Origin: an uncultured Planctomycetaceae bacterium
GTDB lineage: Bacteria > Planctomycetota > Planctomycetia > Pirellulales > PALSA-1355
Reading direction: 5' to 3'
DNA: 64,000 nucleotides
NCBI GenBank assembly: GCA_963785305.1
Contig: CAWAUV010000007.1
Coordinates: 1,536,001 to 1,600,000, forward strand
This document shows positions 37,459 through 48,091 of the stretch, piece after piece; the stretch's first letter is position 1; the number at the start of each line of letters is the position of its first letter. A model generated the notes under the pieces. That model saw only the letters and a program-made list of their open reading frames with translations, searched no databases and was not told the origin of the DNA. The position numbers and the translations under genes are program-made.

Positions 37459-38286
37459 TCAATAGGTCGGCGTGGCGAGGGCGATGCCGCCGAGCGTGAG
37501 GTGCGGCACATACTCGGCCGGCTCCCCGGCCTCGCTCACAATCAGGCTCGCGACGGCCGAGGCGGCGCCGCCGGTGAGGAAGACTTGCGTGGCGGGACTG
37601 CCCGCCGAGAGTCTCGCGGCGAGCTCGCGCGCCGCGCCGACGGCGCCCCAGAATAGGCCCGAACGCATCGCGGCCGTGGTCGAAGCGCCAAGCGGCGCCG
37701 GCGGCGCGCCGAACTCCGACATCATCACCAGCGGCAACAGATCGGTAAAGTCGTGCATCGCCCGGGCCGACATGGCGATGCCCGGCAAGATCGCTCCGCC
37801 GGCGAACGCGCCGGCCCGCGTGATGAGATCGACCGTGATCGCGCTGCCGATATCGATGACAATCGCCGCGCTCTCCGGCCGGCGCAGTCGATTGGCCGCC
37901 AAGGCGCTAGCCAGCCGATCCATGCCCACGAGGTCGGGTCGCTCGACGTCGACCACGAGCGGCAAGCGCTCGGCGGTCATCGACTCGCGAGTGTCGCCGG
38001 TTCTCGACTCAAGCCAGCGGAGCACCGTCGACTCCGATGGTCGATTCACGCTGCATACTCGCCAGTGAAGCGGTGCGGCGGCCAATGCGGCGGGGCCTGA
38101 TTCGCCCGAGGCCGCGAGCCATTTTTCCACCCGCGGCCCATCCCAAGCGTCGAGCGAAAGCGAATCGTCGGGCAAGGGCAGGCCGGCGCGGGGCGGGGCG
38201 CCAAACAGCCCCAGCTTGATGCGGCTATTGCCGATATCGACGGCAACGAGCCGCCGCTTTGGAATGTCGGAGATTTCGATCGCCAT
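37459..38286 (-). CDS. coaX: Type III pantothenate kinase
   Basis: [35 protein letters not shown]. Confidence 0.93.
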   Translation of the reverse strand: MAIEISDIPKRRLVAVDIGNSRIKLGLFGAPPRAGLPLPDDSLSLDAWDGPRVEKWLAASGESGPAALAAAPLHWRVCSVNRPSESTVLRWLESRTGDTRESMTAERLPLVVDVERPDLVGMDRLASALAANRLRRPESAAIVIDIGSAITVDLITRAGAFAGGAILPGIAMSARAMHDFTDLLPLVMMSEFGAPPAPLGASTTAAMRSGLFWGAVGAARELAARLSAGSPATQVFLTGGAASAVASLIVSEAGEPAEYVPHLTLGGIALATPTY

Positions 38287-38337
38287 GGCCGCGGGTCTTT
38301 CAAGTCACCGCGACGCCTCCTCGCGTCGCGGTTTTGA

Positions 38338-38415
38338 GAGCCGATCCGACAACTCGCCCTCTCGCCCTTTGGGAGAGGGGAGGTTGAGGGCTCGCCGAAG
38401 TTCTCGGATGGGCTC
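38338..38415. mobile_element. MITE family C copy 1, with a CCCTCTC..GGGAGAGGG palindrome inside
   Basis: TIRs GAGCCGATCCGACAAC / GTTCTCGGATGGGCTC; same ends as 47838-47934. Confidence 0.65.
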
Positions 38416-38439
38416 CAAGGAAAGGTTGATGCCTGACTT

Positions 38440-39572
38440 TCATGACTCGGCCGCGGCGACCGGCCCAGCCGGCCTCGCGGCGCCGGAATCGGACACCATG
38501 GCCGAATCGACCAACGCGCTCGCGGCGCGAACCTCGTCTTCGCGCGAACGGCCTCACGGGTAACGGCTTCACGCGCATCGGCCTCGCGCGCGTCGAGCAA
38601 TTGCACCACGCGCCGGAGCAGCACATCGAGCCGCTCGCCGGTCACGGCCGACACCAGGAGCACTTCGCGCGACAAGGTCTCCGCCAGCCGGGCCGCCACC
38701 TCCGCGGCGCCGGGAAGCTCCGCCTTGGTCACGGCCACGATCTCCGGTCGGCTGCCCACGGCCTTGCTATATTGTTCGAGCTCGCCGCGAACGACGCGAT
38801 AATTTTCGATCGGGTCGCTGCCATCGGCCGGCGTGGGCTCGACCAAGTGGACCAAGATGCCGGCTCGCTCGATGTGGCGCAAGAATTCGTGTCCGAGCCC
38901 GGCGCCCAAATGCGCCCCCTCGATCAGTCCTGGAATGTCGGCCATGACAAAAGACCGGTCGGCATTGACATGCACGAGCCCGAGGTTGGGATACTTGGTG
39001 GTGAAGGGATAATCGGCGATTTCGGGCCGAGCGCGCGATACGCGGCTTAGGAGGGTGCTCTTGCCGGCATTGGGCTTGCCGATCAGGCCCACGTCGGCGA
39101 TGACCTTGAGTTCGAGGATCAACATTCGCGCGTCGCCGGCGCCGCCGGGAGTGGTTTCGCGCGGCGCGCGGTTGGTCGACGACTTGAACGTCAGATTGCC
39201 CTTGCCGCCCTTGCCGCCGCGCGCGGCGATGACCTCTTCGCCCGCGGCGGTAAGATCGCGGAGCACGAGTCCGGTTTCAGCGTCGATCACGACCGCGCCG
39301 GGCGGAACATCGATCACTAGGTCGTGGCCATTTCGGCCGTGGCAATTGGCGCTGCCGCCGGCCGCGCCGGGGTCGGCCCGCCAGTGCTTGCGCTGCGAAA
39401 GACCGGCGAGGCTATCGACTCCCGCCAGGGCGCGAATGATCACGCTGCCGCCATCGCCGCCATCGCCTCCATCGGGTCCGCCGCGAGGCACGAACTTCTC
39501 GCGGCGAAAGCTGCGGCAGCCGTTGCCGCCATTGCCCGCGGCGACCATGATTTTAACGCGATCGACAAACAT
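38440..39572 (-). CDS. obgE: GTPase ObgE/CgtA (3' end inferred across a frameshift near 38550)
   Basis: [45 protein letters not shown]. Confidence 0.95.
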
Positions 39573-39588
39573 ATTGGCGCCGGGGGTG

Positions 39589-39631
39589 AAAAAAAGGAGG
39601 GGCTGGTCCTCACGATCTGGACCGCCCCCCC
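39589..39631 (-). terminator. Putative intrinsic terminator/attenuator between rpmA and obgE
   Basis: Minus strand GGGGGGCGGTCC-loop-GGACCAGCCCCTCC followed by T7. Confidence 0.6.
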
Positions 39632-39667
39632 AAAAAATTCCGTGCAACTGGGTTGGCGCGAAGCGCC

Positions 39668-39835
39668 CTAGTGCTTTGTCACGGCTGAAATGATAGGCAA
39701 CCCCGTGGCGCCACGCCCTCGCTTGCGTGGGCATGTTTTCAAGCGCCAAGCGGGGGCCTCATGCCCACGCAGGGCCGTGGGCATGGCACACGGAACGAAT
39801 CCAATCCGTCATTTCAAACTTTGGCAAAGCGCTAG
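39668..39835. mobile_element. MITE family A copy 2, at the rpmA stop codon
   Basis: CTAG-TGCTTTGTCACGGCTGAAATGA...TCATTTCAAACTTTGGCAAAGCG-CTAG; shares GTGGGCATGTTTTCAAGCGCCA and GGAACGAATCCAATCCGTCAT with copy 1. Confidence 0.82.
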
Positions 39836-40077
39836 GCGGCGTCGACATTGACCCGGCGGCTTCTTTGGTCGAAGCGCACCACCCCGTGCGCGAGGGCGAA
39901 CAGGGTGAAATCGCTGCCGCGACCCACATTCCGGCCGGCGTGAAATGTCGAGCCGACTTGCCGCACGATGATGCTGCCCGGCTGCACTTTCTCGCCGCCG
40001 AATTTCTTGACGCCGCGGCGTTGTCCGTTGGAATCGCGGCCGTTGCGGCTCGAGCCTTGGCCTTTCTTATGCGCCAT
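39832..40077 (-). CDS. rpmA: 50S ribosomal protein L27
   Basis: [41 protein letters not shown]. Confidence 0.97.
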   Translation of the reverse strand: MAHKKGQGSSRNGRDSNGQRRGVKKFGGEKVQPGSIIVRQVGSTFHAGRNVGRGSDFTLFALAHGVVRFDQRSRRVNVDAA

Positions 40078-40270
40078 GTTGCTTGTCTCCCGGTTTTTTG
40101 GTCGCGGACTGCTCCGGAGAAGCGGGCCGACAAAAAACGCTGCTGAAAAAACTTTGAATCCGCGGCTGCCGCCCTTAGCTCCAAATAGCCCGTGGCTCCA
40201 GGTGTTCCCTGGGCCATGCTTCCGCCCGCTGGGGGCCGCGCCTGCGCGTGTCTTGGGGGAATCGCTCTTT

Positions 40271-41350
40271 TTAACGATAAACCCACTCGTAGTCAACCTC
40301 GCCGGAGATGCCGAAATGCACCGGCCGCTCCTGCTCGAGGTATTCATCGCCCGGCCGCCAAAAATTCAGCACCAGGGTTTTTTGCGTCATCACCCGGCCC
40401 GTGCCCGGCGGGCCGCCGGCCTGATAGCCCCCCGGCGGGTCGACCCATTTGAAGGCGTTGCTGAGCCCCTGGATCGAGATCGAGAAGAAATCGATTTTCG
40501 GGTCGAGATCTTCCCACGTGGCCACGCCCCACACGCTGTTGTCCTCGCGATCGGTGCTCAGCGGAATCGGACGGCCGCCGATCGTCACCGAATTGAGCAG
40601 CTTGCGATTCGGATCTTCCTTTTGCTGAATCGGTTCCCAAGCCACCGGAATCAGCCGATCGAGATAAGCCTTCGAGATGCGTTTCTTTTTCTTCGCGGCG
40701 TCGAATTCGATCGCTTCGAGAATAAACAGCGGCAGGAACCGCATCTCGATATCTTCGTTCTTGGGAGCGTAGGTGCCGTCGGGCTGGGGATCGTAGCCGA
40801 TGTGCTTGCCCGTGTTCTTGACATGGTAAACCATGTACCAGATCGGCTTGCGTTGCATCTTGCCGCCGGGCTGGGGCTCGTCGACCATAATCACCCGCGG
40901 CGGCTTGAAGGTGAACTCGAGGCACCAGGAAACACTGCGGAACGTGACTCCCGTGGCCATTTCCTTGAGTGTGCGCGAGCCGGGAGTAAACTTAGGCTTC
41001 CAATCCAGGTTGGGAATGCCCTCGAGTATTTCAACCACATTGTGTTGGCTGAAGGTCTCGCTCTCGTCCTTGTCGGGCGGTATCGTCACCTCGACCCCAG
41101 GCGCCAGCTTGCGATAGCCGGCCTTCTCGGGCGCCGCCTTGGCCGGCGCGGGCCTGGCCGGCGAAGCCTTTGCTCCAGCGGCGGGCGCGGCGAGCTTGGC
41201 AGGCGCCGCGGCCCGGGGCGTCGCCGGCTGCTGGGCGCCAACGAGGCCACCGCATAACCAAAGCACGAATCCCGCGGCCAACGCGAGCCCGGCGCATCTT
41301 GCCGCCGCGCGCCGGTTGACACGAGAAGCCACCGAGCGTCCTTCGATCAT
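40271..41350 (-). CDS. Exported hypothetical protein of planctomycete type
   Basis: Signal-like segment, Ala/Pro/Lys linker, [28 protein letters not shown]. Confidence 0.7.
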   Translation of the reverse strand: MIEGRSVASRVNRRAAARCAGLALAAGFVLWLCGGLVGAQQPATPRAAAPAKLAAPAAGAKASPARPAPAKAAPEKAGYRKLAPGVEVTIPPDKDESETFSQHNVVEILEGIPNLDWKPKFTPGSRTLKEMATGVTFRSVSWCLEFTFKPPRVIMVDEPQPGGKMQRKPIWYMVYHVKNTGKHIGYDPQPDGTYAPKNEDIEMRFLPLFILEAIEFDAAKKKKRISKAYLDRLIPVAWEPIQQKEDPNRKLLNSVTIGGRPIPLSTDREDNSVWGVATWEDLDPKIDFFSISIQGLSNAFKWVDPPGGYQAGGPPGTGRVMTQKTLVLNFWRPGDEYLEQERPVHFGISGEVDYEWVYR

Positions 41351-41634
41351 GAAACGCATCTTGAACACCATCGCCAAAGAAGCCGGTCCCGTGGGCGGAG
41401 CGACGGCGGCCAATATACGCCGAACGTCGATAATCCTATCGCCCCAAGCTCTTTACTCTAGTTTCCCGCGCACGCGCCCGTCAAATTCCGCCGCCGGGTT
41501 TCGGGTTTCCCGCGCCGGGAAGCGCTAAAACCCGCACAATCGGATCACGGGCGGGCCCGCGGATGCCGGCCAGGCCAGAGAAAAGCGCCTGGTCCAGATA
41601 ACCGGTTGGCTCGCCGATCGCCCGGCTGGCCGGT

Positions 41635-41661
41635 CGGCCTGTTGATTATCTCAATAGGCTG
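41635..41661. repeat. Degenerate copy of the 27-bp CAGCCTGTT palindrome
   Basis: CGGCCTGTTGATTATCTCAATAGGCTG. Confidence 0.55.
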
Positions 41662-41925
41662 ATAAGAAGTCCGCCCGCGGCAGTTTGCGCGGCTGGCTTA
41701 CCGGCGCTGATTGTTCTTGCGCCTCGCGTATCAAAACCCTTGATTCCTGGCGATCCGCACGAATAATCGAAATCGCTTACGCCGCGGCTTCGGATTTCTC
41801 ATGCGCGAACGCCAGCACAAAAGCACGTCGCGCAGGCGGCGGGTATTTCGGCGGGGTTTTCCACATGTTCAAGCGTGGCCTTTCCCGATATGCCCGAGCG
41901 ATGGCCTTCCCGGAGCAGACGGCTC

Positions 41926-44248
41926 ATGGATTTTCCGCTGGCGACCGTTGCGGCCGGCCAATTCGGCTTCCAGCAACTTTGTCCAAGTCGTGGCGCCGCA
42001 TGCGGCGTCGGTAATTTCGCGTCGAATTTGGAGCGTGCGCTCTGGCAAATCGGAATTGAAACCCACACCGTGACGTCAACGACCGAATTGCCTCCCGGCG
42101 ACTTGCTGGTTCAGCACGAATTCGGTCTCTACGATAGCGAATCACTAAAACGCCTCCTCCGCCAGCACTTGGGTGCGCACGTTTCTCTTCGCGCACAGCC
42201 CCGGCGCCGAGATTTTCGCGGACCACGTCGACGCCTTTGTGTCTTTATGCGATGGCGTCGTGGGACCGGTGGCGAAGCAACAAATCGTCTTACCGCATCC
42301 CGGCTGGCAAACGGCGTGCGCCGACCGCGTGCATCTCAAGAAACAGTTCGGTTGGCCGCGTTACCGATGCGTTGTCGGAACGAACGGCTTCATCAGTCCG
42401 TCCCGACAATTTGACGAGGTGGTGGCGCGGCTGATCGACTTCGCGGTTGATGCAAATTTGCTGATTTATGTCGCTTGCCCTCGACACAACTCTCACGACA
42501 GCCGCCGTGGATACGCCGACCAGGAGGAGCGATTGGTGGAAATGGCGAGAAGTTTCCCGGCGAACCTTTATCTTGAGCAGCGCTTTCTCGACCAAGAGGA
42601 ATTGAACATCCGGCTTCAAGCATGTGATCTCCTCTGGTGCTGGACCAGCACGTCATCGAAGCCTTATGGCAGCGGCACGTGCTCCGATCAATATTCGAGC
42701 GGCACGCGGCTCGTCGTCGCGGAAAAGCAGCAGCACGGCCACGTGCTCGGATTGCCCAACGTCGTGTCGGCGCCGCCGGAAATTGGCGCATTCGTCGCGG
42801 CGCTCAAGTCCCAGATTTTGCGGGGCAAATTCGAACGCCACTATCCGGCCGCATTGTCATGGACGTTGTTCGTAAACCGCCTGCGCCAGTTCATGGAAGA
42901 CGTGGGTGAACCTAAATTGCAAAATGACGCCGTTCCATTGGCAACGGGTCCACGACCCGGTGATTTTCAACGGAGTACGCCAGCCGCCTCCTATTTCATA
43001 AAGCATGGAAACGTGCCCGTGGCGCCGCGACGTGCCTTTCCGCCGCGCTCGGCGCCGCCCGAAACTCTTGACGAGCACAACGCGGCGCACCTCGCCGTTG
43101 AATTCCTCGAATCGCTTGAGCCTTGCAGCGACCGCTCCGAGGGCCGCGGCATTGTTATTTGCGCGGGCGGTCCCATTTACAACGTCTGCGCCTGGGTCAC
43201 GATCAACATGCTTCGCCGGCTCGGCTGCAAACTCCCGATCGAGGTTTGGTATCGTGGATTCCACGAATGCGACGATCATTGGCTCGATCTCGTCGAACCG
43301 CTCGGTGTCGAACTGGTTGATGCCGATTCGGCGAGCTATTCGCGGCCGCATCCACGCCTCGGCGGCTGGGAGCTAAAGCCCTACGCGATCCTCAACTCCC
43401 GTTTCCGCGAAGTGCTCCTACTGGACGCCGATAATGTTCCGGTCGTCGATCCCACGCCGCTGTTCGATACTCCAGAGCACCGAGCATGCGGCGCCGTGTT
43501 ATGGCCCGACTACTCCTCGACGCCGAAAGACCACCGCCGCTGGCGTATTTTCGGTGTCGACCCCCACGGCGCCCCCGAAGTCGAGAGCGGGCAAATCCTG
43601 GTGGACAAGCACCGATGCTGGCGGGCACTCAATCTATGCAATTGGTACAACGAGCGGTCGGACTTCTTTTATCAATTCGTCCATGGCGACAAAGACACGT
43701 TCGATCTTGCTTGGCGGCGAGCGGGCCAGCGATATGCAATGCCGTCGCGCGGCATCGAGGCGATTCCCTACACGATCTGTCAGCACGATTTCGCGGGCCG
43801 GCGAATCTTTCAGCATCGCGTGGGCGATAAATTTTCGCTTGCCGCGCCGCGGCCAAGCCGAGGATTCATTCATGAAGAGCAATGCTTCCGTTTCATTGAG
43901 ACGCTTCGAGCGCGGTGGAGCCCGCTACTCGGCTTGCTCCAGCGGCTGACCGAAGCCGACCTCGCGGGAATGGATCGACTATCGCGGCGAATGTTCCGTC
44001 TGATTCGCAACGACGACGATCAAGGCGGGATTTCCCTGCGGCCAGATGGCTGCGTCAACGCGGAAAAACCCGACGCCGAGGCGATCTACTGGTGCGTTCG
44101 TGAAATCGACCGCGAGATCACGTTTTTCGACATCGCAGGTCGACCGACGTTTCGGCTGTCCGAGCAACCCGGCGATATCTGGTTCGGCGAAAGCATTTCT
44201 AAAAAGAACATTTTTCTTCGCTTGGCGCCGATTCCGCCAATATCGTAG
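41926..44248 (+). CDS. Two-domain glycosyltransferase: GT4-like N-domain plus GT71/MNN-like alpha-mannosyltransferase (frameshift near 42170)
   Basis: ACGVGNFASNL, LVQHEFG; GRGIVICAGG, LPIEVW, LKPYAILNSRFREVLLLDADN, WPDY, ESGQILVDK, GDKDTF. Confidence 0.82.
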
Positions 44249-44288
44249 AATGACCGGATCATGGTGCAAAATCGCGTCTTGAAACGCG

Positions 44289-46688
44289 ATGGCTCTGGAG
44301 CGAGCCCCGATGCGAGCGAGTGTGGTCATTGCGGCGCACGAGGAGGGCGAGAAGCTTTCCAAGACGATCGCTTCGTGTGCCTTGGCATGCGGGGCGCTCG
44401 ATCACGAGATCGTCGTTTCCGACGATGCCTCGACCGATGGTTCGATCGACGAAGCGCTGAAATGCTATCCGCGGCTGCGTGTCGTGCGAAGCGACGAGCG
44501 GCGGGGCGCCTCGCCGGCCAAGGCGGCGGGCGCGGCGACGGCGCTCGGCGAAACACTCGTTTTTCTCGACGGCCACTCGAAGCCCGAGCCGGGCGCGATC
44601 CAGCGGATGGTCGAGAGCGTCGAACTGCTCGCCGGCCGCGCGATCGTCACCCCGCGCGTGGCGGCGCTCTGCACGAAAACTTGGCGGGCCAAGCTCGACC
44701 AAACGGGCGGCGGCTACTATTTGAGACTCGACACGCTCGATTGCGGCTGGCTGCCCGATGGCCAGATGGCGTCGAAGCGGGAAAAGGGTCGGACGTTCTT
44801 CGAGTCGCCGGCGCTGATCGGCTGTGCCTTGGCGATCGGTCGCGAGTTGTACGATCGACTGGGCGGGTTCGATCCGCACATGCGGCTGTGGGGCGTCGAG
44901 GATTTGGACCTGGGACTCCGCTGCTGGCTGCTGGGGTTTCGGATTCTGCACGATCCGGCGGCGGTCGTGGCGCATCGCTTCCAATCGAAGTTCGAGAGCT
45001 ACACGGCCCCGGGCGAAAACCTGCTCGCCAACCAACTGCGTCTGGCCCGCAAGAATTTCACGCATTCGGTGTGGGCCGACTGGGTCGAGCAGTGCCGGGC
45101 CCGCTCGGCCGGCTCGCTCGAGGACCATCCCGAGGGCCTTTGGGCACGGGCCTGGACGCTCTTTGAAGCCGACCGCCCGAGCGTCGAAGCCGACCGGGCG
45201 ATGGTGCAAATGAACCGAGTTCGCGACGAATTTTGGTACGCGAACCGGTTCGGCTTGGCTTGGCCGGCCCTGGCGACGCATGTCTCGCCCAGCGGCCGAC
45301 CGCAACGGCCGCGGCCGGGATCGACGGTCGTGCTCGCCGCCGCGCCCTCGCCCAGCCCGAGCCCGCCGCCGTGCGAGCTTACCGGGATATCGCCGTCGGA
45401 GATGGTGCTCGTCTGCACGGACACGCCGGTCACGTTCACCGCACATGGTTCCAATCTTGAAAATGTCTCGTGGACGGCCGCTCGCGGAACTCCGTCGACG
45501 GGCCAGGGGCCGCGGTTTACCGTGAAGTTCGGAATAGACAGCCATTACACGGTCGCCGCTTCGTGCGGGGGACACAGCTTCAGCGCGCCGGTCACCGTGC
45601 AGGCTATCAGCAAGATTATCGTCGACGGTTCGAGTCCGGTTATTTCCGACAGCGCGATAATCTGCGCCAGAAGTACGATTAAATTGCGAGCAGTCTCATC
45701 TCCCGACAACGATTTTCCGTCCGGAATGCCGACGTGGACTATCGCGCAGCAGCCTGATGGCTCGGACCTTCCGAAGCTCCCGCCAGGGCCTACCGCGACC
45801 CTGACGCCGATTATTGCGGGAGTTTATTCGATCAAAGCATCTTGCGGCGGACGCTCGGCGACGTTTACGCTGACGGCGGTCACCGTTACTTTTGAGTCTT
45901 TGCTCGTCGTTACAGGTTTTACGATTGCTCCTGAGCCGCTTCAGATCAAAGCATCGTCGAAGGCCACAGTCGTTCCAAGCTCCGCGGTGAACTCCATTAC
46001 CATTAAGCCGGGCGGTGATCATCCGGAGCGCATCGCAATTGCTAATATTATAACTCATGGCGACGGCACAATTACCTTCGACGTGCTGGGAAGGCAAGCC
46101 ACTCCGAATCCATCGGAGAGCAACGATTGCCTGATACTGGCAACTCGCGGCGACGCTATCTGCGCGAAAATCTTCGCGACGGTCGTGGTCCCCACCGCCG
46201 TCGTGCCCGTCTCGGCGGACGGCGCCGTGGCTGGAGTCAATCAGGCGGCGAACGCCACGACGAGCCCGACCTTCTCGGACCCGCTTCCCGCGAATTTCGT
46301 CCATTTATGGACATATTATGCCCAATGGTTGACTATTCGAGTCATTGATCAATTCGGCGCTCCACTCAACGCGGTATACGCGGGGGTTCAGGTCGCCGAG
46401 CGACTCCCGACCCAGATTGAGCCCGTTAATATTAATCAGACAATTGCCACGAACGGGTCATATCAAGATCCCGTGGGAACCATAAGCGACAAAGACCCGG
46501 CGCCGGTCAATGTTGCAAAGAACAGCACCATCGCACGACGCTGGCCGTCCGCGGCCCCCATGCCGATGCAAGCTTTTGATGCGTTCCAGACCATCTTCGT
46601 GTATGTTGGAGGCCATCCGCTTTCGGTCGGAATAGTACGCCGTCACGTGATTGCGACGCCTCCGGACAATGTTCAAGTCTTATGGTAA
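44289..46688 (+). CDS. GT2 (ppGalNAc-T-like) glycosyltransferase fused via PSPSPSPPP linker to C-terminal domain class A
   Basis: SVVIAAHEEG, DDASTDGS, VFLDGH, GGFDPHMRLWGVEDLDL, VAHRF; linker near 45345-45371; beta-rich Ig-like C-region with lower GC. Confidence 0.88.
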   Translation: MALERAPMRASVVIAAHEEGEKLSKTIASCALACGALDHEIVVSDDASTDGSIDEALKCYPRLRVVRSDERRGASPAKAAGAATALGETLVFLDGHSKPEPGAIQRMVESVELLAGRAIVTPRVAALCTKTWRAKLDQTGGGYYLRLDTLDCGWLPDGQMASKREKGRTFFESPALIGCALAIGRELYDRLGGFDPHMRLWGVEDLDLGLRCWLLGFRILHDPAAVVAHRFQSKFESYTAPGENLLANQLRLARKNFTHSVWADWVEQCRARSAGSLEDHPEGLWARAWTLFEADRPSVEADRAMVQMNRVRDEFWYANRFGLAWPALATHVSPSGRPQRPRPGSTVVLAAAPSPSPSPPPCELTGISPSEMVLVCTDTPVTFTAHGSNLENVSWTAARGTPSTGQGPRFTVKFGIDSHYTVAASCGGHSFSAPVTVQAISKIIVDGSSPVISDSAIICARSTIKLRAVSSPDNDFPSGMPTWTIAQQPDGSDLPKLPPGPTATLTPIIAGVYSIKASCGGRSATFTLTAVTVTFESLLVVTGFTIAPEPLQIKASSKATVVPSSAVNSITIKPGGDHPERIAIANIITHGDGTITFDVLGRQATPNPSESNDCLILATRGDAICAKIFATVVVPTAVVPVSADGAVAGVNQAANATTSPTFSDPLPANFVHLWTYYAQWLTIRVIDQFGAPLNAVYAGVQVAERLPTQIEPVNINQTIATNGSYQDPVGTISDKDPAPVNVAKNSTIARRWPSAAPMPMQAFDAFQTIFVYVGGHPLSVGIVRRHVIATPPDNVQVLW

Positions 46689-46709
46689 CATTCGATAACG
46701 AGGTGATTT

Positions 46710-47402
46710 ATGCGAGTACGTCTACGCGTCGTGTTGTTTCTGTTGTTGATGCTGTGCGCGACGAATAAATTGCTCGGAGAGGACGAACAAATGAAATGGA
46801 AACCGACGATGAGGAAGGTTTTCTGGGGAATGTACGTGACTGATGTGGCGTACTTCTTCGGTTGCCATACCACAGTTGAGGAAGCCGAAATTTCGCGAGG
46901 AGTTCCGCGCTTCGGCACAACCTTCGGCACGGATGGATTTTTTTTTGACGACAAAGAATTAAGCTCGGTCGAAGAATTCATCGTGAAAGTTTCAAAGGAT
47001 GTGCCTGGATTAATTATTTACAAGGACAGGAATAATCCTAAAATACTACACGTCACGGATGAAAAATTACTCCATCTTAAAGACTACGCGCTCGATCGAC
47101 GAGTGTCGTTAAAATACGAAGGTCCCGCTTCGGAGTTGAGCGTCGCGCTTCGCGAGCAGATAAACAATCTTTCGCCCGTGCGATCCGGCGCTATTGGGGA
47201 TAACTTCGACGACATAATGACAGAAATCAAGGTTGATGCGACGGACAAGATCGTGAGAGACATTTTCACGAACAGCGTGCCGCTCGACGGCTACAACATC
47301 ACGATTTGGCGAGCCACAACGAAGTTGTACGATGTCGAACGCCCGGAGACGCGAATTCAATTCTTCGGGAAACGCCGCAAGACCGAATGGAGCCGGCGGT
47401 AA
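46710..47402 (+). CDS. Signal-peptide partner (immunity-like) protein A1
   Basis: GAGGT RBS, 21 nt after the GT-fusion stop; hydrophobic N-terminus; low GC; paralog of 48092..48775. Confidence 0.8.
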   Translation: MRVRLRVVLFLLLMLCATNKLLGEDEQMKWKPTMRKVFWGMYVTDVAYFFGCHTTVEEAEISRGVPRFGTTFGTDGFFFDDKELSSVEEFIVKVSKDVPGLIIYKDRNNPKILHVTDEKLLHLKDYALDRRVSLKYEGPASELSVALREQINNLSPVRSGAIGDNFDDIMTEIKVDATDKIVRDIFTNSVPLDGYNITIWRATTKLYDVERPETRIQFFGKRRKTEWSRR

Positions 47403-47435
47403 GCGTGCTTCGAGAACCAAAGGATTAACGGTCGT

Positions 47436-47775
47436 AATAGTACGCCTGCCAAGCCTCCATATAATACCGGTAACCAGCTTTACCGAGTCGACGATTCCCC
47501 TTTTACGGGCCTCGCCGGATTCTCGCAGTCCTTTTACAACATCAATTTCAAGATGTATATCATGTTCATGCCTGGACAAGATACACCGGGCGCCGGTCCG
47601 AGTTGCTGGGTGCCATTAAGGAGTTGTTTGTGGCATACCGCATGGTGCGCGGAATTTAATGGTGAATGGGTACTGTACGATTCGTCGGCGTCGACAGATA
47701 CAAGGATCGTCGATCGTATCCATCCGACATGGACAGGGCAATGGGGCGACCAACAGGAAACCGATACGTGCCGGA
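47436..47775 (+). pseudogene. Orphan C-terminal fragment, class B
   Basis: STPAKPPY..DDSPFTGLAGFSQS..KMYIMFMP..PG..SCWVPL..DRIHPTWTGQW aligns with the end of ORF 49595..50728. Confidence 0.78.
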
Positions 47776-47837
47776 GCCTTGCCCGTCATGAATCCATTCA
47801 TAACGCGTTTTCTCTAAGTCGCCTAATCAGACAACTT

Positions 47838-47934
47838 GAGCCTATCCGACAACCCGGCGCCCGCATTGAAATCGCCGACAAGAATCGAAACCGCCTGCAA
47901 AATCGCATGCTTTCATACGTTCTCGGATAGGCTC
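47838..47934. mobile_element. MITE family C copy 2
   Basis: TIRs GAGCCTATCCGACAAC / GTTCTCGGATAGGCTC (15 of 16 match). Confidence 0.75.
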
Positions 47935-48008
47935 TTCGGCGAGCATTGTGCTCGTCTGCAGGACCTCGCGTTTTCATCAATTTTCACACAAGCCGTAAAT
48001 ACACGACC

Positions 48009-48068
48009 GGCGTGGTGAATCGGAAGGTAATTGCGACACCGCCCAACAACATCCAAGTCATCTGGTAA
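48009..48068 (+). pseudogene. Orphan extreme C-terminal tip, class A
   Basis: GVVNRKVIATPPNNIQVIW* versus GIVRRHVIATPPDNVQVLW* of the GT fusion. Confidence 0.8.
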
Positions 48069-48091
48069 GTCATCATATTCTGAGGTCGGCG

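Noticed and set aside
38307..38335. Hairpin plus T-run as a terminator
   Set aside because: The T-run is on the + strand while both flanking genes are on the minus strand, so no transcript is evident for it to terminate.
47941..47964. 13-bp match (GTGCTCGTCTGCA) to the start of C-domain A at 45406
   Set aside because: It could mark an internally deleted class A cassette, but a match this short is expected by chance in 64 kb.
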